A stretch of DNA of 62,809 bases, filler included, from Folioceros fuciformis (taxonomy: Eukaryota): assembly GCA_049999805.1 (NCBI GenBank). It is 10 parts of 10 records of this genome, joined end to end, with 100 filler letters (N's around TTAATTAATTAA, not from the genome) between each part and the next. Parts side by side here need not be neighbours in the genome. Positions count along the whole stretch, not along the records: positions 45,837 to 54,412 come from JBNGIO010005239.1; positions 54,513 to 58,333 come from JBNGIO010005242.1; positions 58,434 to 60,932 come from JBNGIO010005243.1; positions 61,033 to 62,809 come from JBNGIO010005251.1; 6 more parts are not named here. One strand, written 5' to 3'. The notes below the pieces were generated by a model. The model worked only from the letters and a program-made list of their open reading frames with translations. It was not told where the DNA came from and searched no databases. Each line of letters starts with the position of its first letter. The first letter of the stretch is position 1. This document shows, in pieces, positions 52,797 to 62,809 of the stretch. Position numbers and translations under genes: made by a program.

Positions 52797-53924
52797 GGGG
52801 TTACTGGGCATAAGCTATTGATTCTGTGAACTATGTTGCCAACCGATTCCCCCTTAAACCTTTGTACAACACAACTCCTTTTGAAAGATGGTCTAGACAC
52901 AAGCCACGTATTGGTCACCTTCGAGTTTTTGGTGCTATGGCATATGCCTATATTCCTACTGATAAGCACTATAAGATGGACAATAGGGCAACCAAACATG
53001 TGTTTGTCGGCTATTCCGACACAATCAAAGGCTATAAGCTTTTTAATCCCCTTACAAGGGAACTATGTATTGCTCGCAATGTAAGTTTTAATGAAGATTT
53101 CATCCTAGACTCACACGCACATACTAGCACTAGCCATGACCTCATACATGCAGGTTCCGTCTATGGACACACACCCTCTGCAATTTTCACTGACCAACCT
53201 GTACAGTTAGATTATGAAGACAACATATACCACCAGTCAGATTTTGATATGAACTTTTAAGTCAACCTCAACCTTTGAATTATGAAGCACCCTTACCAAC
53301 AATTGCAGCACCTGACTTTGATGAGCCTGACATTGACATACCACCTGATGATGATCAGCCTCTCTTCCAGAATCATGATGATCTTGGGCCATCCCATATC
53401 GCTGATGACATATTAGATCCTGATTTACCAGCACTTGTCCGTGTTGCTGTTGAGTCACAACAAGAGCCTTTACAAGATCAGTTACCTTTACGTAGGTATG
53501 CACGGACACATTGTCCAAGAGAAGCTTGGTTGGAACCTTCCTACACACCAGGTGATTCTTTTGTCTCTTGTGCAACATCAAATGCTTCAGACAACATGCG
53601 AGCTACTCTAGCAGAGATGGCTTAGCACATTGCTCTTACCATTATGGAGCCTCCTGATACGCCTATGACATAAGGAAGCTCTTAGTTCACCCCAAAAAGT
53701 AGACTGGCAGAAAGCCATTGATAGTGAGTACCAATCTTTGATAGACAACCACACATGGAAGCTAGTCAAATTGCTTGTGGATGGAAGCTATTACCTCAAA
53801 ATGGGTATTTAAACCTAAGCTTCATCATGATGGGTCTGTTGCTAGATACAAGGCCCACCTTATAGCACGGGGCTACACCCAAGTTCAAGGCCTCGATTAT
53901 AATAAGAATTTTAGCCCCGTAGTC
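52797..53924 (+). pseudogene. pol: Copia integrase C-terminus, linker and RT start
   Basis: YWA*AIDSVNYVANR..TPFERW..HLRVFG..VFVGYS..GYK; KWVFKPK..RYKAHLIARGYTQVQGLDY..FSPVV. Confidence 0.93.
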
Positions 53925-54412
53925 TGTAGGACCACTAGAGGAGCATGGTGGAGGAGAGGAGAAGAGGAGGCAGAGAGGAGAGGAGAAAAAGAGGTCACAT
54001 TGAGAGTAGTTGGCAAGGGAGCTCAAGGGGGTATTTATACCCTCTAGAAGAGCTCCCTAGGAAGCTTCACAAGAAGCTCACAGGAAGCTGCGCAAGAAGC
54101 TTCCTACAGATTAGTTTAAGCTAATCTAAACTAATGATACTTAACTAGACACTAATCTTAGACTAAACACATTAGTCTAAGCACATTAACTAGACACTAA
54201 TCTTAGACTAAACACATTAGCCTAAGCACATTGGGCTTTAATAACCCTACAACCTCCCACTTAAAGGCCAACTTACCTTCATAAGAGAGTGGTCTAGCTC
54301 ATGCCCATGAGTGTCCGAGCTTGTGCGAATTGCTCCGTAGAGAGCTCCTTGGTAAGAACATCTGCAGGGTTCTGACTGGTGTGAACTTTGACAAGCTGTA
54401 CCCTCTTGTCTT
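53925..54412 (-). mobile_element. Copia 3' end (RNase H tail, PPT, 3' LTR)
   Basis: LTR 53925-54251 (TGTAGG..CCTACA); PPT aagtgggaggt; VKVHTSQNPADVLTK. Confidence 0.88.
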
Positions 54413-54512
54413 NNNNNNNNNNNNNNNNNNNNNNNNNNNNNNNNNNNNNNNNNNNNTTAATTAATTAANNNNNNNNNNNNNNNNNNNNNNNNNNNNNNNN
54501 NNNNNNNNNNNN

Positions 54513-55300
54513 GCTATCACTTCAACTTTACCATCAGATGGTGCCGTACCCCTAGGCGCTATAAAATGTCCCACATATGCTATCTTAGAGGACCCAAACC
54601 TGCACTTTTGTGGGTGACACGTCAAACCAACCTCTCTCAGTCTATCCAACACTCGCCTAACATGCTCCTTATGTTCTTCCACACTACTACTAAAGATTAT
54701 TACATCATCTATGTAACATATGGTGAATGACAAACCCCTCAATGCTTCATTCATCGCTCTCTGAAAAGCACTAGGAGCATTCTTCAATCCAAATGGGATA
54801 ACCACCCATTCCCACAAACATCTATTAACCCAAAAAGCAGTCTTCTTCTTATCCTCCTCCTCAATTTCAGTTTGGTTAAAGCCACCCCTCAAGTCCAATG
54901 TTGAAAATATATTACATTCACCAATTGCATCAAAAATCTCCCTTGGCGTTAGCATTGGATATCTATCCATAGGCGTCACCTCATTAAGCGCTCTATAGTC
55001 ACCACACATCCTCTTTTCTGTCCAATTACCATGTACATTCTTCTTTCGTGGGAGCTCCGTAGCTGTTGCATACTCTAATTCCAAAGATCTTATCAATCCA
55101 GCTTCAAGCAGCTCTTGACATTTCTTGTCCACAATCTCATTCTGCAATTTACTCAAACGATATGGCTTTCTAAAAACCGGTTCAAAAGTTTCAAACGTCT
55201 TGTGCCTGCCCAATTCCTTATTGGAAAAAGCAAATACCTGCCTGCTACTTTCCAAAATCCTTACAAAATCCTCCCTATCCTTCAAGGTTATCTCATCAGA
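54513..55300 (-). pseudogene. pol: Gypsy reverse transcriptase
   Basis: PVFRKPYRLS; KRMCGDYRALN; DRYPM; FSTLDLRGGFNQ; KTAFW; PFGLKNAPSAFQR; YIDDVIIFS; HPQKCRF. Confidence 0.96.
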
Positions 55301-55589
55301 AATATCCCACTGAAAATCCATACACTCCTGTTTCTCACAGATGTTAACCTCACAGCTTGAGCTAGCCACATTCTCAGCTTTTCTTTCCGCATCTACCACC
55401 TTTGCCCCATATCTCATTTGCTTGCTCTGCTTGCACTCATCACCTAAAACCTCATCATGCTCTCTCATTCTCTTAGTCTCCCCCCAGCGTCTAGGCCTTC
55501 ATCTCTTCTTACTTTACCTAGACTACGTCCTTCCAACCTTGTGCTTAAAATAACTTTCCACTTTCTCTTGCACTCATGATAAACTTTTT

Positions 55590-56540
55590 TAGACATCATA
55601 AGCCATCTAGCTGTATTCAAATCCATAGCTTGTTTGAGTTTTTTATTCCTCTGCTCAAATGTTATACCCTCCACTTGAGTAGNNNNNNNNNNTCTCTCTC
55701 CATGGGAGATGACACATCCCACACCTTCCTCTTCGTATCAAATATCATCCCAAGCCCTTCCCCTTTAAATGCATTGGCACCCTCAAAACTTACAAATGTC
55801 GGTAACGCCCTCCTGAGTTCCCCCTTTTTATTTACACAATAAAAGGGCTGTCTATCATCTGAAGTCACCTGCCTACTCACTCGCCCGTCATCTAATATCT
55901 GATCAACTATTAAATCATCATCCCTTCGCCACTGACTCAGAAGCATCTACAACAAATGCCTAGGCATCATGTTATTCCAAAAACAGTGATGCCTGTGAGC
56001 CCTAGATCCAAACTGCACTGCCTCCAACTTTATAGGTTCACCCAAATAATACTTGATCTCATCAAAATCTCGCCTCAACGCTACTCTTCTATCCATTTGG
56101 GAATCCACACTCTCAATCAAAAAACCATATTCTTTCTTCTGATGCTTTTGTACCAAATTCAAAATCCTAATCAGCACATAAAATATCACCGATCTATAAT
56201 CCAACAAGCCTTTTGCCTTGCCTGCCATTGAATGCCCTTGACATTCCCAGCCAGCTATTATCATATCAACTTCTTCCTCCACTTGAAATTGTACCAATCC
56301 AATAAGCCTAACATCTTGCGGCCAAACAGAAAACGCTTGCTTCACAGCTTCAACCTTTAATTGCTCAGGATACTTTCTACATAATTTAAACACCCTTGCC
56401 TTCGCAATCGTCTGACAAACTTCATATGGGTCACAATATATGTAACGTCTGACCACATACCCAACAGCCAACACAGCCTCCAGACCATATGCAATCCGAG
56501 CAAACAACTCAACCACAACCAATCCATACTCAGACAAACT
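55590..56540 (-). pseudogene. C5-cytosine DNA methyltransferase domain embedded in pol
   Basis: Motif I VVELFARIAYG (about 56510), II YIYCD, III PQDVRLI, IV VDMIIAGWECQGHSMAG (Cys codon at 56241-56243), V GLLDYRSVIF, VI FLIESV, VIII AVQFGSRAHRHHCFWNN, IX/X PMER..QRNKKLKQAMDLN, all in canonical order. Confidence 0.88.
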
Positions 56541-56633
56541 CAATGTCACAAGTTTATTACACACAGGTTCAAGTGTACAAACTGCTTCCTTTGTACAAAG
56601 CTGAATTTTATCATCTAGTTGAAACTCAGTATG

Positions 56634-57383
56634 TCATTTTTCAAGCTCTCTAAAAATTTCAGCTAATGCTCTACCAACATTTTCTCTCATTGTGATCTCC
56701 TCCACTCTGTTATGACTATATTCCTTTAAACATAACTTATCCATATGACGCTCCACCCACAACTTATCATCTTCATCTTCTTCCTCCTGCTCATCCCAAG
56801 AAGTCGTCATGTTTACTACACACGCATCTTGCATGTCCTCCTGTAATTGCAACTTAAGTGGAATTGTTGCTACTCTCATTCCTTCACCTTGTCGCCAACC
56901 TGGACGATAGTAAAACTCCTCTATCCATAAGTCCACTCCTCCTCCATGCATGAATAAAGACTCTGTCCCTAAAATAACATCAAAATTTCCAGATTTGACA
57001 ATCAAACATTTCATATCAATCGTTGTCTCTTCTTCTGTCCCAGGCTTAAAACATAACTGCAATTTCTCTTTAGTTTCCCCCATAACTACCTTTAGGCCTC
57101 CATTGGCCATCCTAATCTTCCATCTTGTCTCCTGTATATCTTCCTTTCTCAATCCCATAGCATATGCCGTGCTGAAATGGATCAATGTAGGTTGCACTGC
57201 CGAATCTATCAATACCTTTTTAGGTGCAAAACCTTCTATCAAAAATTCACACCCACCATTGTCCAGAAATGCAATTCCTGGTCTAACTTTTGTTCTGTCT
57301 CCATTATTTCGCATATTACCATTGAGACACAGTGAAACTGTCTTGCTTAGCTTTTCACTTGCATTAGGCCTTTCTACTATCAC
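56634..57383 (-). pseudogene. Gypsy aspartic protease region
   Basis: VLIDSA (degenerate DSG), IRMANGG, FDVILGT. Confidence 0.8.
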
Positions 57384-57407
57384 GTCTTGTAAAAGTTCTC
57401 GGATTTT

Positions 57408-58310
57408 TTACTCGCTCACCCCCACTTTGACGCCCAATTCTAACACACTTCGAATACAACCAATCACATCACTTTGAGACACCTGCATTCTCTTGCTCAC
57501 TTGTTGTTCCAACACCTTCACTGCTCTGCCATGCATCTTCTCACCAAAATCTTTCATATCCACATCTAATACTTCAAATGATTGCGGATATTTCCAACCT
57601 GACACCGCTGATCTTCCATGGTCTTTATCCTGACCTTCCAGTCTTGTGTTGTATCTTTTTTGAGCAACCTCTACTTCCAATGCATCTCTCCTGTCCACTT
57701 CACAAACAAATGCATCCAGTTGAAACTCCTTGTAAGCTTTCTCCTTCTCACCCAAATCCTTCCTTTTTTCCATTGTCCTAACTTCCTTGATTTTAACTCC
57801 GCCATTCTCACCACCAGCTGCCTTCAACCTATCATTCTCAGCCTTCAAGTCTACTATCTGCAACTCTAACGATTTGTAAGATTTGTTCATCCGACCCAAA
57901 TTATCTCCATTGGTTCCTCCAAATCTATTTCCTTCAGCCCTCTACACCTATCTCACATTCTTAACAGTATGCCCCTTAAAACCAAACTTTGTGGGCCTGA
58001 GAGATGGATACTTCTGCCAACAAACTTTCTCCAAATGTCCTTTCTTTCCACAATGACCACAACCTACATCCCTCTTAATTGAACACTCCATCATCACATG
58101 AGAACTACTCCCACAACGCAAGCACTTTATCCCTTTTTCTGTCTCTACATTCATGACAAGTTTCATGTACCTGTTGTCCATTCTTGACATGTTCGGCTGC
58201 TCCTGCCAAGTTGGCCTCCATTTAGGCAGAAAATTATGTCGGGAAGCTGTCGCTGAAAATACACCTCCCTTCCTATTTGCCCCAACCTTTCTTCCCATAG
58301 CCTTTAGCAA
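57408..58310 (-). pseudogene. gag: Gag C-terminus with two CCHC zinc knuckles and a coiled-coil linker
   Basis: CLRCGSSSHVMMEC and CGHCGKKGHLEKVC (CX2CX4HX4C); LELQIVDLKAENDRLK. Confidence 0.8.
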
Positions 58311-59819
58311 TGCTCTTGCCTGCTCATGCTTTTNNNNNNNNNNNNNNNNNNNNNNNNNNNNNNNNNNNNNNNNNNNNTTAATTAATTAANNNNNNNNNNN
58401 NNNNNNNNNNNNNNNNNNNNNNNNNNNNNNNNNTTTCTTACTCACACTAGTCTCTTTCTTTATTGTGATGTGGTTTTTCTTAGTCTCTTTCTTATTGGGA
58501 TGTGGTTTCACTTACCTTCTAAGCTTTTTGACTCACACTAGTCTCTTTCAGTATTATGATGTAGTTTTTCTTGGTCTCTTTTTTTACAACAATGAGGTTT
58601 CACTTCCTCTCTTTCTTATTACGATGGGGTATGGCTCGACCTCGTTCTTTGTAACGATGAGGTTTTGATGATCTATGTGTAAGGTTGTGGTTATAGTGCA
58701 CCTCTCTATGACACAAAAACCTATATTGCTCAACCACATAGCAATGAGCAACACTATATTGCTCAACCACATAGCAATGAACAACACATTACCATATAGG
58801 ATGTTTTTTATGATATCATTCTTATTAGCAAAGAGAGAGGCTTCTTTCCTTGTAAGGAGCACTCTTTCATTGTTCACAAGGATGTTTCCCTCAAACCTTT
58901 TTTCACTAATCAGCATGAGTTTATCTTGTGGTTGTGATTGTTGGTGACCTAGAGATTCCATCTATAAACATGTCATCCTTAAACCTCCAATGTAGATGGT
59001 AAAGGTCCACAAATACTCTTTCATGTGGTAGGGGCATGCCTTCATCCCTACGCCATCCAAGTTTATGATGCAATGGGCCAGGCTACTTCTAGGTTTCTTA
59101 AGGTATGTGCACATGGCAAGAAGTAGCATAGTCTTCAGAGTTGGATTGACCGCTTTCAAGCATTGTGGCTTTTCTATGCGCATTATGTGTTCATCTTCCT
59201 TGAGTGGGGCATTGGCTAATGCAGTATATTAGATGATAGCAAGTATAAGGTATGTGGTATCTTCAGCACTAGTTTTAGATAAAGTCCTTCTCTATCACTA
59301 ACATTGATATGCTTGGCATGTAGGCAGTTAGTTATAAGATAGCAACAAAAGAAATTACTCGACCATCATCTTGTGCCCTCCTAAAGATTGTTTCCCTTGT
59401 CTTAGGGTAGATGGGTCCTTCATAGTACATAACAAAGTCTTTATTCTCTCAATTCATAATAGTACTCCAAGCACCATTCGAAGTACATCACACTCCAAGC
59501 ATTGGAGCACCATACTCTCGGCATCTCTTTAAGTGTTCAATTTGCATCCTCTAAGTTTAATTTGCAATGCTTAAAAGGGTGCAACACACAATGCTACAAA
59601 AGGTGTAACAACATAATGATCGAAAGAGTGTGATACACAATGCTGAAAAGGGTGTAACATACAATGCTTAAAAGCGTGCAATATATAATGCTCAAAAGTA
59701 TATTTTACAATGTTCATAAGAGTTCGACATGAAATGGGTATAATATAAGCATACAAGTTAGATCAAGATCGCAAGTTGGTAAAAAGTGAAAAGTCACCAT
59801 TTTCAAAGCATGAAGGAGT

Positions 59820-60012
59820 AACCTTCAATATCCCATTTCGTAGCTCACTAGCATAGAACTCCTTTACTATCTCATTTCATAGTTCACTAACGTGAAATTT
59901 CTTCTCTATCTCAGTTCGTAGTTCAACAGTGTGGAACTCCTTCACTATCCCATTTTATAGTTCAGTAGCGTGAAATTCCTTCCCATTTCATAGTTCACCT
60001 CTGTGGAATTCC
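59820..60012. repeat. About 39-bp minisatellite (tcccatttcgtagttcact..gaactccttcacta)
   Basis: About 5 degenerate units. Confidence 0.75.
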
Positions 60013-60932
60013 TGATAGTATACGCTAGCTGTACAGGTCGTAGGTTAGCAAAAACCCTAACCGTCAGGACATGACTCTTGGGTGTCCAAGACAGCGACGT
60101 CTCATTCATTCGTTTATTCATACGCTTACCAGCTTTCGTGAACGCTCGCACTTGTCATGGTATCAGAGCCGCGGGAATCTTCCCGATTTCTAATATGAAC
60201 ATCTTGTGTCAGCGCCTCCATCATGGCGCCTGAAATTTCCTGATTTTACCATGAATTTCTTGGNNNNNNNNNNNNNNNNNNNNNNNNNNNNNNNNNNNNN
60301 NNNNNNNNNNNNNNNNNNNNNNNNNNNNNNNNNNNNNNNNNNNNNNNNNNNNNNNNNNNNNNNTTTTTTTTCTGGCTTGGCGCCATGGTCACAATTTTCT
60401 GGTGACGGTGGTGCCTGGCACCTCTTTTCTCTGAGTTGAGCGGTGTGGCTCTGCTGTGCTGGTGTTACAGATGATTCTTGGACTTTGGTTCTGGATAATG
60501 TCCACACCACCACACAAGGGTTAGCACCCATGCCTGGCCTGAGGAAATGAGAACGCTTAGCAAGAAGAGCCAGAAGACTTCAAGAGCTAAATGTGTGGAG
60601 AATTGAGCGGGAGGAAACGTATTTACGTTCCCTCGCCCCCACGCGTTGGCAGCAGGTTTGGATCAAAATCTGCATAATTTGTGAACTAATGGCTACACAT
60701 GTTGTACAAGGGTATCCTGCACTTGATGGTTATGACTGGAGCAACTTTGATGTCTCTGATCTTCTTTGAGCACGATTATGCTCCCTCCTAGTCAGGAAAC
60801 CTTGTGCTTGCTTCTACCAGTATCAGCAGCTGAAGCATTTTCTCATTTACATCATCATGTTACCAACTTGTTCAATAAATCATTGGTTTATCAACCTTTG
60901 TACATCATCAAGGAGTTTGTTTCACACATTTT
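60013..60932 (+). mobile_element. LTR retrotransposon 5' end (145-bp LTR, tRNA-Met PBS, leader ORF)
   Basis: LTR 60013-60157 (TGATA..TGTCA); PBS TGGTATCAGAGCC at 60158-60170; degenerate ORF from the ATG at 60530. Confidence 0.7.
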
Positions 60933-62809
60933 NNNNNNNNNNNNNNNNNNNNNNNNNNNNNNNNNNNNNNNNNNNNTTAATTAATTAANNNNNNNNNNNN
61001 NNNNNNNNNNNNNNNNNNNNNNNNNNNNNNNNGGGGGGGGAAGAAGGAAAGAAATTGCCCCACCACGGGCGATGGCAGAGCTCTCCTCCAGCGCTGCAGC
61101 CGGTCCCATGCTCCTTGGTCAGCAGCTAGCAAGCTAGACCCCAACAGCTCATGAGAAGCCTGGCTAGATCTGCATCAATCCGTTGTGATCTCCAACACCT
61201 GGTGTCGATAGCCTAGCTAGCATCCCTACCTGCAACTTGGATCCAAGGAAGAAACAGGGAGGGAAGATTGAGAAGGAAGGGAGGGAAGATTGAGAATGAA
61301 GGGAGGAAGAAGAGAAAGGGGGCAAGAAGGGAATGAAGAAGGAAGGGAGAAAGGGGGAAAAGGGATGGGGGCGGCCGCAACCCCTGCCTCTAGCTCTAGC
61401 TAGGGCATGGCCTCCACGGTCGTTCATGCCAGCCAAGCAATCAGCCAGCCTATCGTCAGACCCTGACACTGACATACCCAGATACCCGTTCCTATGTTCA
61501 AACCATTATTATATTATTTTTATTATTTAATATTATTATATTATTTAATTATTTAATATTATATATCTTTAATTAATATTAAACTAATCACCCAACCCTA
61601 TGGCCTGGTACCGAACCTAAACCTTCCCAGGTCTGGGACCAAACCTATACCCACTCTTATAACTATTTCCTAGTCAATTAACTTAATTAGCACAAAGAAA
61701 AATAGGAAAAATGACCAGAAAATCAAGGAAAATTAGGGAAAATAAGTTGAAAAAGAAAACCAAACCATANNNNNNNNNNTCAAGGAAAATTAGGGAAAAT
61801 AAGTTGAAAAAGAAAACCAAACCATACCACTATTAACCCTTTTTCAACCAAAACAAACTACTACCCCAAACTTTGGAGGTTCACATACTGCAGTGCCCTT
61901 CATCGATGAAGTCCATATCATTGAATTTTCTTTTCTTTGCATTTATGATTTCACGCATACGCCGATCGTCGCGGCAACCCCGTAAAATGCCATAAGGCTC
62001 CTCTTTTTGTTGTTTGTGTGGTGTCACACTCTCATTTAGATCGATTTTGTTATAATTATTTTCTTTTATTTTATCCTGTAAGAAAAGAAGCGCGATAACC
62101 AGTTGCAACAAAGTTAAGGTGAGCGCTTGCTTATGCACATAACCGCATTGCCACAAACTTGAACTTGCACTATGAGACAAGAACATGAATATATTACAAT
62201 TACAAAATCTAAGAGTGAACTTTGAAGTGCAAACATGTCAATCACGTGTATGTGCATCCGCAAGCACACAACACTGTCGACAAAGTGCAAGGCAGCATAA
62301 AATATGCAATGTACAAGCTGCACTACGTACGTACTTATGCACCTAACATAGTATACCACAGTGTGCCACACAAGGTAGCATAAAATATGCAATGTACAAG
62401 TTGCCCTACGGACTTATGCACCTAACATGACATAGGAAAGTGGCTAGTTACGAACCTTGGATGTTGAGTAGGGTGCATTTTGTCTTGCTGCTCTATTATT
62501 TCCATGTTTGGAGACTCGCTCTAAGGATATTTGTTCCTTAGCAGGATTTGCTTGTTTTTGTTCACTATAGTATTGACGAGCGCTTGCATTTTATTAAGCT
62601 TGATCAAGTCGTCAAGACTTTGATCATTAATATTATTTTTATTAAGGTTGTTTCTTATTATATAGTTTGCTTGCTCTTTATTGAGCTTTTCCCTGCTTTT
62701 TTATTGAGCTTAATTAGTTCATCCAAACTTAAGGAGTTCATAGGCCCTTTTTCTTTTGGGCCGTGTAATTGTAGAGGAGCGCGTTCCTTTTCTTGTTTCT
62801 TTAGATTGA

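Larger units (their letters stand above)
54513..58333 (-). mobile_element. Ty3/Gypsy retrotransposon internal region: gag - protease - C5 DNA methyltransferase - RT
   Basis: The domains are colinear on one strand with no linker-type gap between them (one 10-N gap at 55683). Both ends are in gaps. Confidence 0.9.

Noticed and set aside
52525-54251. A single small element with two LTRs enclosing 52797-53924
   Set aside because: The PBS and PPT lie outside the pair and the enclosed pol is on the opposite strand, so two separate insertions fit better.
58434-59500. Degenerate minus-strand coding-like segment (also 61881-62186)
   Set aside because: No recognisable family motif, so it cannot be assigned.

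Overview
This is eukaryotic, plant-type repetitive DNA from a fragmented scaffold: nine N-gaps carry an artificial TTAATTAATTAA linker. The host is probably a non-seed land plant or other streptophyte, but that is inferred only from the transposon content. I could not identify a host gene with confidence. From about 6.5 kb onward the window is mostly a nest of decayed transposons: several Ty1/Copia elements, two PIF/Harbinger elements (transposase plus Myb/SANT gene), an L1-type LINE, a CRE-like restriction-endonuclease LINE, a Gypsy element with an extra 3' ORF, and three copies of a giant 3-6 kb LTR, two of them solo with target-site duplications (TSDs). The main finding is a Ty3/Gypsy element (54.5-58.3 kb, minus strand) with a C5-cytosine DNA methyltransferase domain between protease and reverse transcriptase. 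The second finding is that up to five tRNA-primed LTR elements, three of them demonstrably Copia, carry an extra Arg-rich/coiled-coil ORF between the primer-binding site (PBS) and gag.
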